A DNA stretch of 64,000 nucleotides from Tubiluchus corallicola (GCA_030141605.1 JAQGDQ010000407.1:1-64000); one strand, 5' to 3'. Numbered from the stretch's first letter, positions 35,800 to 50,660 are shown. Numbers and translations: made by a program. The notes: a model not told the origin generated them from the sequence alone.

Positions 35800-35985
35800 A
35801 TGGATGAATGAATGAATGAATGAACGAATGAACGAATGAACGAATGAACGAATGAATGAACGAACGAACGAACGAACGAACGAACGAACGAACGAACGAA
35901 CGAACGAACGAACGAACGAATGAACGAACGAATGAACGAATGAACGAATGGATGAATGAATGAATGAACGAACGAATGAATTAAT
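35800..35985. repeat. (GAAT/GAAC)n microsatellite
   Basis: Directly visible. Confidence 0.95.
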
Positions 35986-37029
35986 TAATAAACAAATGAA
36001 TGAGTTAATGAAGGGATAAATAAATGAATGAAAAGGGAAAATGAACAAATGGATGAATAGTTAAATATATGAATAAAAATGAAAAAAATGAAGGAACGAA
36101 TAAGCAATTTGAAGCTTGGTATCAGCATGCACACAAGACTGCAGCAACTTAAACGCAATTCAGTTTCGTAATTTGTCATCCTGCATTCATCAGCGTCTTC
36201 CTACTAGCATGACGGATGATAGATAACTTTGTCAAATCAAACATCAATGTTTTTTCAATGAGTGAGTCAATAAACACAATGCGCTAGTAGACGTCGACTT
36301 CGTGATGACTCTTGAAGAGTAATCACGTGACTAATCACGCATATCTAGAGCTATTCAGACTGTCTCTCTTCCTGTAAATATCATGATGCGCTGTGAAAAT
36401 ATGGAAAAAGAATTCGCCTGTGCTTTTTAGTTTGTCTGATTCAGGAAATAAATTATTCAAATTCGGGAGCAAATTTGAATTTTTATGTCTTTATCAAAAT
36501 GTTCATTTAATTTATCAATGTTACAATACCAAGTTTCGATTTTTAGAAAATTGCAGGAGAGTAAAAGGAGAGAGCTAATAACTTACTGGACACCGAATAT
36601 TGCAAAAAATTATTATACGAAATTCTTGCAGCAATGAAAAAAGTTACATACAATCGTTTCCGACGTAATACAAGTCTGCCGAGATAGCATAAAGTTTAAC
36701 CAAATATAATCAATTATTACAATTCATTACACTCTTTTTTGTTGCTCGTAATTTAATGTGAAATAAAAAACGTTTATTTATCTAGCGCAAGAATTATTCG
36801 AATTAGAATGGAAGGCAGTTATGCATGCTACAATCACTGTGACTTTTGACAAACGGTTAGTTTCACATAAAACAGACAGCAGTAATTTTGTTGTAAATTT
36901 GCGAAAACAAAAACAGAACCGCAACTTTTTAACGAGAGTACTGCAGTGTAAACACAAATATTTACGTCGCGTTTCCAAAGCGTTTCTTCGAGGTGTAATG
37001 CTGCACATAGATTGACTGAAATGACTGAT

Positions 37030-37520
37030 CTAATTGAATTGAATTATTTTGAATTATGAATTTATTCCACAGCAACTCAAACATACATATAAATTGATAT
37101 AACATTGAAAAAAATAAACTACGCCAGTTACTGCGAGGAGAAGGAAGGAGCATTGAGCTTTCGAGTCCACCTCCAGATAAGTGAAACAATTGACAATTAA
37201 CATTACATTTTCATCAGTTATAGCATACATTAGAACAAAATAAGTTTTGTTAGTAACTTAAGATCAGGATGAGTAAAATTGTGAGTTAATTATACCGTTG
37301 TAGTAGGTAATTCTTTGGTGCTTTTTTAAATTGATAAAGATTAAGAGTTTTCATTTCACGCGGAATTGATGACCATATTTTAATAGTATAATATTTTGAT
37401 GACTGTTTCATTATATTTGTTTTTGGAAGGGGGACTGCATAGTTTTCGACTGAATAATCTTGTGTAATGATCATGTTGATTTGAAACTGGACTAAAGTAT
37501 GACTGAAAATTCAATAATTT
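37030..37520 (-). mobile_element. CR1/L2-group LINE 3' remnant (frameshifted)
   Basis: YFSPVSNQHDHYTR, then PLPKTNIMKQSSKYYTIKIWSSIPREMK..FKK..KNYLL. A 3' UTR with AATAAA and an (AATTC)n tail follows. Confidence 0.7.
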
Positions 37521-37669
37521 TGTTACTGAAAGATTGTTTAGTATCCGTAATGGCGACACATTCTTGATATTTTTTCGTGCCAAGATTCAGCCGGGTTCTA
37601 ATAACCTTTACCTTTTTAATGAGAATAAGAACTGTCTGAAGACAATAAGGGCATACAAGCAGAAGAGAA

Positions 37670-38245
37670 GCTTAAAGTAAAATGAGGACATATCGCACCT
37701 TCAAAAGGGAATACCTACTTGAAAACTATTTATCAATTAACGCCACAAAGCAGGCTATATTAAACTATATTAAATTTAGGACAAGCGCTCGTAAATCTGG
37801 CCGGTACCACAAACCTTTCAAAATATCTGTGGGTGAGCGAATTTTTAATTACTGTGACCTGAACCAAATCGAAGATGAAATGCACTTAGTCATAGAACGT
37901 CCACGTTATCAAGATGATAGACTGACACGTTTTAATAATATTGAAAATTTGTTCCCTGAGTTTTCTGCCATATGACATTGAAAGTGGTCTTTATAATAAG
38001 TAGTCAAGATATCAAATTATGCAAGATTATTATAGTTTTTCTGGATTCAACCTTTCATTCTAGGAATCATTTAATATCTATATAAAATCTATATTTTATG
38101 TCTAATTGTGTAAAGAGTTATTAATACCCCTTTATGTAACATTATTGTGATAATTACTTTTAACACTTGTATGAATTAATAGTTATGTGTTCAGTACGCT
38201 CGAACCACAACATTCCTTTGCAAGGGGAGTTTGTCGCTAATAAAA
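37670..38245 (+). mobile_element. LINE ORF2 C-terminal remnant, RTEX-like
   Basis: MRTYRTFKREYLLENYL..KFRTSA..SGRY..ERI.NYCDLNQIEDEMH.VIE.PRYQD is a decayed C-terminal Zn-finger motif. AATAAA at about 38238. Confidence 0.7.
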
Positions 38246-39141
38246 GTCCCTTTCACTGTTAATTAAATCTGTCTTGTCTATTTGTCGCTGACATTTGCAC
38301 GTAAACAATGATTGTTCCATAATCAAACAAACATACCTGCCAGTAAATTTTACTCATTCACTTGTGACGCACGCACGACTTTTGCAGCGTGATGCACCGC
38401 TTTTACAAGTTCTAAAATATCGCCAGAAAAGTCGCCTGATCATGGCACCGTCTTTGCTGAAAATGACAAAATCAGCCGACAAAAACGGAATGCCCATTAT
38501 ACAGTTAATATAACAATCCTTATTGGACAACTAATAATGAAGAGCTGTGGCCTTTTTAGGCGTCGTATTACAAATAATGTGCTAGAGTACTAACAGGTGC
38601 TACATTAATGCTTCAAAAGAAAAGATGACATCAATAAACAGCTTATTATTATCGTGGAGCTTCGAAATGTGGATTAAAGTCAGAGACAACTCCAGACAAC
38701 TCCAAAGACTAGCAGATGAAAAGGGACGAACATAGGCAGTAAAAACATTGGTAAGTAGTTTATAGACACCTCTTGTTCTGATCTGATGTGCTTTGACGTC
38801 ATGCAGGCCTATTCACCAGGAAATTCTATTCAGCATTATTCAGAAATGCACAGAACAGACAAATATTTATTTTTAGACAGGAAGGAAATGCTTCTAAACA
38901 GTGAAACGTCTAGTCAGTGAACGTGCATTCCCGAAAACAAAAAAATTGTAATAAGCCTTTTCACAGTTTCGTTGTGCGCACGCGCAGTTGCTGCAAGTCA
39001 AAGGTAAAGTGTACCACAGCAACGCGTCTTAACTACAACCGTCATGTGACGTGTGGGTAAAGCAAAGCCGTCTGTTGCACCAGTTCAGACTCTACTTAAT
39101 TATGCATTAATCTATGCGCAGTGTGATTTACTAGCAGGATC

Positions 39142-39493
39142 TTGCTTGGGAAAAAGAAAAATGAACTCAGTAAGGTTCTAACAGAAGTCCAGCAGGCGCA
39201 GTCAAGGCGGTTGCAGGAAATAGTCGCAGAGAGAAGGCTGACATTGGCTGGACATATTCTACTCCTACCAGAACAACGCCACTCTAAAATAGCGTTACGC
39301 TGGGAACCACCTGGTAGAAAAAGGAAAAGAGGTCGGGCAAAAACAACGTGGCGCAGATCTTTCAAAGAAGACCTTCGGGTTATGAACAGACGTTGGGAGA
39401 ACATCGAAAGAGAAGCCGCCGATAGAACCCAGTGGAAAATGCTGTCTGCCCAATGTGCATCCGTGCTCGGGAAGGAAAGGTTCTAACTAACTA
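39142..39493 (+). mobile_element. 5'-truncated RTE-clade LINE 3' end
   Basis: RRLTLAGHILL...KIALRWEP.G.KRKRGRAKTTWRR..KEDL..W......AADR..W. The stop is followed by a short (TAAC)n tail. Confidence 0.8.
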
Positions 39494-40154
39494 TTAAAAT
39501 TGTTACTATTACAATAGCTCGGACTGTCAAGTGTACACAAATGCGTTGTCTAGTACACTTAACCTTTGACATTTTCACGATCATCATCAATCGCTGGAAC
39601 TGTGAAAAGACTTATTGGCAAAAAATTAATATTCTTTTTGGACCAAAGACAAAAGCTGCAAATTTAGAGACTTTGGTCCATTTTAAGCTGTACATTATGA
39701 CGTTGCATGAACACTTATAAGATTAGGCCAGCGTACCACACCCACAACAGACGTAAATCTTACCAAATAAACAAGTTTGGTCTTTTTGTTTGTGAATTTA
39801 GATTTGCATGTGCAATTAATAGCTGAGCTGGCAGTTTAACTGTTGGTTACATACACAGTGCTAACACATCTTATAAATCCGTCAACAAAAATGTTTTATG
39901 TCTAGAAACTGCCAATTACGCCTGTATAACAAGAAATTATTTGCTGCAAAATGTGCGTCAGGTTATAACAAGGAGAATCATGTTTTACGATGAAAGATTC
40001 TATTCGCCAAATGAGGCTTATAATTATTTCATCAAGCTGTCGCCTGAAGAGATGCTGCGGAAAAGGTATCAGGAAAACCAAAGAATGACAAGGTGAAAAT
40101 AATTTCACCCAAATAAGTTTCTGCACTTTCATAAGTTAATCCACAAACTAAATA

Positions 40155-40654
40155 CCGTAAAACGGGGTGAGTTCGCCACCCCCTACGTAATGGATGACGT
40201 AATGGCCATTGTAGGTTTGCTGTAACTATTGTTCAGTGTTTAATGAACACATAATTATCATGATCACCGTCATTATAAACAGTGATCAAGGGCGCCCGCG
40301 CGAAGATCAGTACACAAGACGTTCAAGCCTTCCTTGCCAACGTAGAGCCCCTTATTGAAAACGTCCCACCATCGAACATTTTCAATAATTCGGCTAAAAC
40401 TAGACATTTTTCATAATTTTTTCATAGGGTGGTGAACTCACCCCCAACCAGCCAATCACAACCAGTTAACTTCAGCTGCCTAGAATGGCATTAAACAGTG
40501 TTAAATTGTTAGTGGCGAATTCACCCCACGATAGTGTTTCATTCGAAAGGCAATATAAAGCTTGAGCTAAGAAAATCGGTTGGGTAATTCTCTTGCTATG
40601 GCAGGAAACGTAAAAAATACCCCTAAAACGTGGTGAACTCACCCCGCTTTACGG
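40155..40654 (+). mobile_element. pogo/Tigger-family internally deleted transposon (500 bp)
   Basis: TA|CCGTAAAACGGGGTGAGTTCGCCAC ... GTGGTGAACTCACCCCGCTTTACGG|TA. Internal 40285-40386 reads IKGARAKISTQDVQAFLANVEPLIENVPPSNIFN, the segment just before the first catalytic Asp of pogo transposases. Confidence 0.88.
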
Positions 40655-42026
40655 TATTATGACAGAATATTCGAGTCGAAGCTTTGTTATAAGAAACTAC
40701 GCAGATCATTCTTTTTGGAGTAATGTTCCTATTTTCCCTCTCATGTTACACGCCACGTCTTGGTTGAATTGTGCAGCAATGACAAAAATAATGTAAGCAA
40801 CAGATTTGACACATACTATACCCACTGAATAAATAGAAATTGTGAAGTGAAATTAAATTAGAAAGCTAACAGACCGGAAAGGCCATTGGATGTTCTTTTT
40901 CTGGTTGTATCGAGATGCACGACGCCGCCGCTATTAGTGATGGATATTAGTAAATGTACATCAGGCGTTTCACACCGGACGAGATGGGTGACTTCAGGCG
41001 GATGTGAGTGGACAGTACAGCGGACAATGGACAGGACTGGACTAGACTAGTTTGGAGAAGCGAATTATCGTTGCTCAGGTTGCTTGTTATTAGTATTTGG
41101 ACGGATAACAAAGTCAGGAAAGTACACATATAGTCAACAACACGTGCAGTCAGTAAGCCTAGGTAGTTGTCTCTGTTGCTGGTTCAGTGAACATTCATTT
41201 AGTCACTCAGTCGCTTTACACACTTTTCGCGTCCATCTGTCTCGCCACGTCTATCTGTCATCTAGTTCTACGCTCTGATTTAAAAAATATTTCTCTACTA
41301 AAACTATCGCTTATTTTAAAAATGCTTTTTAACTGTCTGCATATCAAATTCAGCGGTTTGTTTGACTACGGTTTTATCAAAAATGCGGCTTAAAAGACAT
41401 AAATACTGTTATGGCTGTCACAGCAAATCATATCAGGTCGAATGCAGTGTTTTATGTTATTTTAAAATGGCCATTCCTGCGAGGACGTTTAAGTTGGACG
41501 AGAATGTTTGTGACAAAATGCCATGCTGTATTTACTGAAGAAACAGCACAACTACAAATTGCTTGTTGAGAGCCAAGCTGCAGGTTTCAGATTGCTGGTG
41601 CTTGTTTGACAATAATTTCACTCTTCCTTGATTATGGCACTTATCCCTGTACTGATTTCCTCCAGACATTTTTGCTGTGCAACTGGGGTGCGCTCATTGT
41701 CGCTGTCACTTTTTGCTGCTGCTAATTAGCCATTAATTGAATTCGTGTAATGAGAAAACTCATGAAAAACGCCTGAAAGCATCGTTAGCAGGTTCATTTG
41801 TTTTCAGTAAACTGAATAATCAAGTAGAATATTTACTCAAGAAACTTTGTGCAGCCCTGACCACCTTCAGCGAAGATACGTATGATGTTGAAAACAAGTG
41901 AAACCATCGCGCTGATTTATTACTGTACGTATGCAGAGTAATGGCGGCTTTAGTCGATTGTTGGTGATCAAGCTTAATTCTGATCGTGATTTCAAAGGAC
42001 AGAAAGAGAGAAAAGTGGAGACAAGC

Positions 42027-42285
<259 letters not shown>

Positions 42286-44389
42286 GACCACGATCTTAAG
42301 CTATGTTAGTTATGTTATGTGACGTTACGTTGTGTTATATATTGTTGTTATTTTATGTTATGTTACAACTTTCTTATTTACAGTTGCTTCTGCAATGCAA
42401 TGACTTCACATCAGCTGAAAGAGAAACGCTAATAGCCAGAGTAGTTTATGAATATGAGTTTTTTCACATGTCATGCTGACATCACCAAACCCCCACGAAC
42501 CAGTTATTTCTCTCCTTGAGTGAAGATATTTGCCCAAGCAAAATGGTTAAGACACCTCTAACAATTCAGAATCTCATCTCAGGTGATTATCTTCGATAAT
42601 AATCTAACTCCCATCTTTCCTTCTGCCATTGAGATTTTCAGCCCCTTTGCTGGTTGACGAACTGCTTAAAAGAAAATGGGGCGATTGATTAGACTCAATC
42701 TCATTTAAATTTTCTGCCTAAAATATACATTTTTCTTGCCTATAAAAGTTAGCAATTATTTCTAATATTTAAATAATCACCGTGGAAAGTTAATTAACGG
42801 CAACCGACCACAGCTATAGCCTTACGTCACAAACTAACCACAGTGTGTGCAATGATAGGCATCTTCCCTGCGCGTCAAGCACGTTTGCGTAAACGAAGAT
42901 TGCTATAAGGCGCTGGTGTGATGCCACTAATATGAGCTATACGTCCCACTGACGTCACAGACGAACATAGCAGTTCATGATCATGCTTATTATGGTACCA
43001 CGCCTATTTGCTGGCCACGCGAATGTGACTAAAAGGCGCCATTGCCCGTCTTAGTGGATTCGATGAGCCACGCGTAGCTTTGAAAGTTTAACAAAATTTA
43101 ACTATCTCAGGTAATTCCTATTTTACCTAAACTTTTATTTGAAAAAGCTGTCGTAGTTTTCAATATTTTGAACTAATGTCTACACAGTCGCCTGGTTTTC
43201 CATTAATATTAAATAGTGCAGCTTTCTAGTTACGCAAAAATTACTATTTTACTTCTTTCAATAGCGGCTTGGGGACGTTAAAATTCCACACAGGTTTTAA
43301 TTTTTAAAACAATATTTTAATATTTGTGATAAATCAATATTTACACTTTATCCACAATTTAATATAGTAGTTTAATCACAAACATCATTGCATTCGCGTT
43401 ACGTGATCTGAATTTCTGGATACAAATGATGCTACGCAACGCCCTGGGTTCAATTCTCTGCCACTCACTACAGATTTTCAGTTCAGTGTAATTTAAGCTT
43501 GCATTCAGAAGTATGTCACAAATCCGTAATCATAGGAACTCAAAATCTCTATAAGTAAACGTACTTTGATGAAAACTGTGTGGAAAGAGCAATTAACTAT
43601 TGTTTCATCCAAGGTATCAAGCGGGCATACTAACATGAAAGTAAGGTAAAAGTAACGTAGAACACCCCTACCTAACCCCACCGTCTGGATTCAGACGAAA
43701 AGTGAATAAATAACAGTCACGTGCCAGCCTGATCCCAGGATTTTGTTTTAATCTTAAAGAGTGTCCAATTACGAAGCAAAGCACACTGGCTCACCAAACA
43801 CACATAGATAAATTCTTGACTTCTCACGCCGATAAACACAGGTCTGAATAAGGTTAAACTGAGTGGTGATGAAGAAAACGAAATCTTAAAATAAAATTTT
43901 AACTTAACTTTAACTTAAAAACATATCTTTATTTTTTCTGTCGTTAGGCTTTGTATCACACGATATATAAGTTTACAATTTAGCACTTGTCTTGTTTACT
44001 TCTCACAATGTTGACTTTTGTAATAAAAATATATACTGTAATTTTAATTTAGGTGGATTGTTGCGTGAACATGACCTTATTTGGTCGAGAAGTTGCAGAT
44101 GTTGTGTCTGAACGTCTTTGCTTAAGTGGGTGATGGCTATTAGTTTCATTTTATGACTAAGGTTAGCTTCGTCGCAGACACTGCACCCTATTTTCAGCTA
44201 GCCAGCGTCCATTCACAGGAGTATTTGTCTATTTGTCTATGTACAATCAGGAAACTAACACATTACCTGTAACTTGAGCTGCACAGTCACAATCAAAATT
44301 TTATTCATTTATTCCCTTCACGACTATGCATTCCGCTGACGTCAACATTTTAAGTTATGGCGAATCGGTTAGGGTTTTTTCGAGATTCT

Positions 44390-45098
44390 CAAGCCGTTCA
44401 TACGACTAGGCTAACTAGGCAGTTGCCTAGGGCGCCATATTTGGCAGGGGCGCCCAATTCTGGAATTAATTCTTTTAATATTTCAATTTTATATAAGTAA
44501 TAGCGGAACGTATGTGTAATTCCTTAAGTGCACAACGAACTAGTTGTTCCTGTCGAAATGTATAATTTATCGATATCAGAAAGTGTTTTCCCGTAGCAAA
44601 ATCTATTTCTTCTTTATCTGGTTTCCTAAGATTACGTCATTTCTGGCATTGCGTCACGCAGACATTACTGACTATAATAGCATTTATCTAACTTATCTAA
44701 TAGCACTTAACTATGGCAGATAAATCTATAAGAATCGAAGTATTCAGGACGAAACACAAGAAACGAAAGGCAAAAAACTGGCGAGTCACACAGAGTACAA
44801 TGGAGTCATAAATGCAAATTCAAATTCAAGCAGTACAAGCTGTAGATAGGTAACCAACTATACATAATTAGTATACATGCAGACGCCCAACACGCAAGCA
44901 CCATTGTACTTTATTGTATTAGTATACTGCATTAGTATTAGTATAATTAGTATTGTATTACTTTATTGTAATAGTATACAAGAAAAAGTCAATATTGGAT
45001 GCGTGATGGGAACCGTGGGGGGAAGGGGTTGGCTGCTGAGGAGAAGGCGCTACAAACAGTTTTTGCCCAGGGCTCCAAACTACCTAGAGCCGGCCCTG
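44390..45098. mobile_element. Degenerate hAT-like MITE
   Basis: Right end GCCCAGGGCTCC..CCTAGAGCCGGCCCTG. Left side ctaggc..gcctagggcgcc..ggggcgcc motifs. No TSD resolved. Confidence 0.5.
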
Positions 45099-47700
45099 GT
45101 TAGTAATTCAAGTGAGTAGCATCTTAAAAATGAGCCTTACTTCAGGTACTGCTGCTCTGCAGACTTTTCTAGATTTTTGTAAATACAAAGTATGACTGAA
45201 TTGTTATCTGTTAGCATGTACGCGTATATTGTATGATTGGTGTCACAGTAAGCAATAAACAATGATGTTTATGTGTGACTAAGGTGTACGTATGTGACGC
45301 GTGTGCGTATGCGTAATTGCGTACGTATATTGCGAGTACGTATGTAAGCATATAAATCTAAAATGTCTTTTCTTCCGGATGGAGATAATTATAGGTTTTA
45401 CGATTCTGAGAACAATCTGTGTATATCCTGCATGGCAAGTGCTCATTTTTACAAAGCTATGATACGTTAGATCATAAAACTGGAACGTATGTTAATCTGT
45501 TGCTGATATTGTTGATGATGATTAATTTATATAAAAGCGTCTAATCAAACATTCAGCTTACGTCAAAGCAATTCAGTTTGATTATAAAATGGCTGTAAAA
45601 ATCACCAGTCTTTATTGGTCATTTCACCTTCACTGGCAAAGTTAATATCGCCAGAAACACTATGGCATATAGGCGATTTTAATCTCGGCCATAACGGTTA
45701 GTCACAACCATTACACGGAAACGGTCATTTATAGTTTTTCAGTGCTCCAGTCTGGACAAGCGAAGTAACCAGTAATAAAAAGTGAAATGAAAATCAGGAT
45801 GTAGTAAAAACTGATAAAAACAATTTCCGCAAGCCAGTAAAATGGTTGAAACAGGGGGAAAAGCAGAAGAAGATGGAAAGAAGTTAAAGGAGAAGAAAAG
45901 TGCTTCTGTAGGAAAGCTTAGAAACTTGTTGCAGCTCAATACTTGGCAGAAAAAGAGAAGACAGTTGTGAGATGCTTGTACATCGAAACATTGTAGCATT
46001 GCAGCTTATTATTTGTAACACTTAGGTTAGTGACTGGCGGGACGAGCAACAGATATCAAGTGCTTGGCTTCTGTATCTCTGCCCACTTTTGGCTAATTGG
46101 CTCAATAATACAAAATCAGCACTTTTGCCAACGCCAAAAGCTTGTAATATAGTTTACTGATAAAAAAGTAAAAACAGAATAAGAGTTTGAACCCAGGCTT
46201 TCATTTATACTGCCGTTCTGATTGTGTTGTACGCTTGCTATCTAAATTTCATTTTATTTTGCCAATTCATTTACGGCAGTGCACGAAAACCTGTCAATTA
46301 TCTGCGATGTTGCAGTTTATGAAAAGTTGATGATTTGCGTGTATTTATGAAGGTGGGGAAAATTAGCAATTACCAAGCACGGAAACGTATATATAGGTTA
46401 TCAATCTTTGCGTGCAAACCCTAGATTACGGCACAACACGACTTTAATACTTTTCGGGAACTTTCAGAGCCTTCTATCATGAGGAAATGACCAGTCAAAA
46501 AATGTTTATTTCCTATTTAATGACCAGTCAGCAATGGAGTGTAGAAACACCTTCTAATGCTAAAGTTACACCACAAAGACCATTATGATAAAATAGAAGA
46601 CTTAAAATGAACTTAATGAAGTACAATGTGAAGTTATTAGTACAGGATAGGGTGGAATGGAACGGGGTAGGGTGCGATGAAGTGCAATAAAGACAAGCTC
46701 AATCAGAGCAAATCAAGTTTAATATTGCGCATGCGCATCTAATTGGCACATGAACTTCTCGCCATTTTATTACCTGTTAATATACCTCTCTAGTCGAAGA
46801 AGAATAATATTGTATTTTTTATTTATACATTTTTACATTTATTATACATGTATACATGTATTAGTCATATGTCGTACAAAAAGGAAGAAGAAAAAGAAGG
46901 TTAATAACAAAGAAGTATAGAAGAAGTGTTAAGGTTATTGTCCCTGGCATGACTGCTACTGATTTTTGCAGTGACTCGACCAATTGATTTGCTTCTGTTT
47001 ACATTCTCATGTGAATCTAATCTTCCTCTCTTTCACTCTTCATTGTCATTTCCTTACACTTACTACAACTCTTGTATTTCATTTTTTGCTTATTTATCTT
47101 GCACCTTCTACATCTTTTCTTTCCATTCTGCCCTCTGCTCAGTCCTGTACAAGTCTACCTCCTCGACCTGAGCCGATATATCAAAATATTACGGTGAATT
47201 TAAATTTTATTTTGTATTAGTAGCAGCTTGTCTATAAAGTTGTATAGCAATGCACTATTCATGGCATTTTGGGAATAAAATAAACAAAATAAACATAACC
47301 ATAAACATAACTTGGCATGGTTGCAATTGCAACTATTTTAATTAAAACATTATACAAATATTACAAATGCAAATGTTCAGTTTTTTGTATGTGCTTTTAA
47401 AATTTATTAATTTTAATGTCTTGGTAACTAATATGCACCATTATTCTGTCAAATTTAGTTAAACTGAGGTTTGAATTATTCAGTAATATTGATACATATA
47501 TTTGGTGTAATAACTTAATTTGAGTTTCGTACTTGTAAAATATGAAACTTACGTAAAAGAAGTGATACTGCTTTTTGGATTTTTGTGAATAAACAAAACC
47601 ATTTTACCTTGTATGGCTTCCTTATCGAAAAAGAAAAACTAACAAGGACTCGTTTGTGGAAACTACATATTTTAGTTCAAAAATGTTAAACGTAAGTAAA

Positions 47701-49068
47701 AGGCCTAGGAGTCACGACGTTGTTCACTTGTAGTTTAGCCTGGTTGGGACTGGCTCACCAAAACCTGATGACAGCGAGGCCTAGGAGTCACAACGTTGTT
47801 GACTTGTAGTTTAGCCTGGTTGGGACTAGCTCACCAAAACCTAATGACAGCGAGGCCTAGGAGTTACGACGTTGTTGACTTGTAGTTTAGCCTGGTTAGG
47901 ACTAGTTCACCAAAACCTGATGACAGCGAGGCCTAGGAGTCACAACGTTGTTGACTTGTAGTTTAGCCTGATTGGGACTGGCTCACCAAAACCTGATGAC
48001 AGCGAGGCCTAGGAGTCACAACGTTGTTGACTTGTAGTTTAGCCTGGTTAGGACTAGTTCACCAAAACCTGATGACAGCGAGGCCTAGGAGTCACAACGT
48101 TGTTGACTTGTAGTTTAGCCTGGTTGGGACTTGCTCACCAAAACCTGATGACAGCGAGGCCTAGGAGTCACAACGTTGTTGACTTGTAGTTTAGCCTGGT
48201 TGGGACTAGCTCACCAAAACCTGATGACAGCGAGGCCTAGGAGTCACGACGTTGTTGACTTGTAGTTTAGCCTGGTTGGGACTAGCTCACCAAAACCTGA
48301 TGACAGCGAGGCCTAGGAGTCACGACGTTGTTGACTTGTAGCTTAGCCTGGTTGGGACTAGCTCACCAAAACCTGATGACAGCGAGGCCTAGGAGTCACA
48401 ACGTTGTTGACTTGTAGTTCAGCCTGGTTGAGATTAGCTCACCAAAACCTAATGACAGCGAGGCCTAGGAGTCACAACGTTGTTGACTTGTAGTTTAGTC
48501 TGGTTGGGACTAGCTCACCAAAACCTAATGACAGCGAGGCCTAGGAGTCACAACGTTGTTGACTTGTAGTTCAGCCTAGTTGGAACTAGCTCACCAAAAC
48601 CTGATGACAGCGAGGCCTAGGAGTCACAACGCTGTTGACTTGTTGTTTAGTCTGGTTGGGACTAGCTCACCAAAACCTGATGTCAGCGAGGCCTAGGAGT
48701 CACAACGTTGTTGACTTGTAGTTCAGCCTGGTTGGAACTAGCTCAAAAAACCTGATGACAGCGAGGCCTAGGAGTCACAACGTTGTTGACTTGTTGTTTA
48801 GGCTGGTTGGGACTAGCTCACCAAAACCTGATGTCAGCGAGGCCTAGGAGTCACAACGTTGTCGACTTGTTGTTTAGTCTGGTTGGGACTAGCTCACCAA
48901 AACCTGATGACAGCGAGGCCTAGGAGTCACACCGTTGTTGACTTGTTGTTTAGCCTGGTTGAGACTAGCTCACCAAAACCTGATGTCAGCGAGGCCTAGG
49001 AGTCACAACGTTGTCGACTTGTAGTTTAGCCTGGTTGAGACTAGCTCACCAATACCTGATGACAGCGA
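47701..49068. repeat. 76-bp minisatellite, 18 copies
   Basis: Unit aggcctaggagtcacaacgttgttgacttgtagtttagcctggttgggactagctcaccaaaacctgatgacagcg. Confidence 0.97.
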
Positions 49069-49309
49069 TGGCCACAATATTAATAGAAGTGGGATAAGAT
49101 TTAACATCCTTAATATCGTGAACACTCTCTACATAATAATAAGCTGGGATTGGAAACTTTTGCAACTAGAACTTCCCAGTTCACAATGTCTTTGGGTGTG
49201 TCTATTACAAATTGTTATACTTTGGTAACCTACTTTATACGAATGAATCGCAATTACACAGTGTACTTGTACTACCGCGTGATACGTTCCTTAATTTTAA
49301 ATAAACACG

Positions 49310-49481
49310 TAACAACAACAACATCAAGAACGACAATCAACAACAATAACAATAGTCGCAGCAGCAGCAGCAGCAGCTCGAAGCACCATTATCAGCAACG
49401 GCAACGCCGCGCCAATGTCATCGACACAGATGCCGACAACAACAGTGACAGCGTCACCTTCACCCAGGGCAACAACGACAA

Positions 49482-49545
<64 letters not shown>

Positions 49546-49555
49546 AACAACAACA
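49310..49555. repeat. (CAA/CAG/CGA)n microsatellite
   Basis: Directly visible. Confidence 0.9.
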
Positions 49556-50434
49556 TCTCCTTCATTAGATGGGAAACCCCAATTAAATCCAAAATTTTCT
49601 TTTTCTCTCTGAAGGATCCACAACATACGTCTTCAATGTTCGCAATTATAAGTCTCTATTTGCCTTCAGTTAACAACCGGGACAAAGAGATGGTTCTAAA
49701 AACGAAAACATGTCTTATTTTATCAGCTTAGGCTACTGAGTCAGCTAAATTATCACGAATTAGACCATTCTGTCGCTTCAGGAATTTCTTTGGCTTCGTA
49801 TAATTGCGCCCCGCATAAATATCGTGATGCAAACTCATCCAAAATTAGTTCATGTGCCTCTTTAAAACACTTGACAATGGACACCAAATTATAGATAATT
49901 GCATTACATTAGTTCGTTGCTATGCTGATGATGATTACAGCTACAAGATGACGCAATCTCACTTAGCATCTTCCTTAACTGTGGCTGCTAAACGTTCACA
50001 AGGGGTAGATGACCGTACTGATACGGGTCAGGTAAAATTAGTTTAAACAATTCGACACTCGAACATTAGGAAAAACGGTTTTAAAACTGACCAAAAATTA
50101 AATGCAAAGCCACTAAGAAGGTGATTTCGTGGCGACTGTGCATACTCCGCAGTGGACAGGGATTTTCTGAGTAATTTAGTTCGCCCGTATCTCTCAGTCT
50201 TTTTAATAACGTATTTTTAATAACATGAATCATTTATTCATAAAAATATACAATTGGGTTGTTAATCTTGCTCAATTTATAGGCTTACAGGTTCGCGTGA
50301 TGTTTCCATCTTTATCATATGAACGTCTATCTGGATCTTTCACTGCTCTGCCCAGCCTAGCCCTGCCCTGCTCTTTCCTTATTAAAACCAACGGAATTTC
50401 TCGTTTCTCAAACACAAGGGCTTAAGTCTGATAA

Positions 50435-50601
50435 AACAACAAAAACAACAACAACAACAACGACAACAATAACGATGACGATGACGACGCCGATGAATAA
50501 TAATAATAATATTATTATTATTACAGGTAATAATATTATATAATATTAACAGTAATCATATTAATAATAATAATAATAATAATAATATCATCATCATCAT
50601 C

Positions 50602-50660
<59 letters not shown>

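Noticed and set aside
47701-49068. CRISPR-like array, tRNA array or intact hammerhead ribozyme array
   Set aside because: Units are contiguous with no unique spacers. There is no T-loop/B-box or cloverleaf. CTGATGA lacks the partner GAAA.
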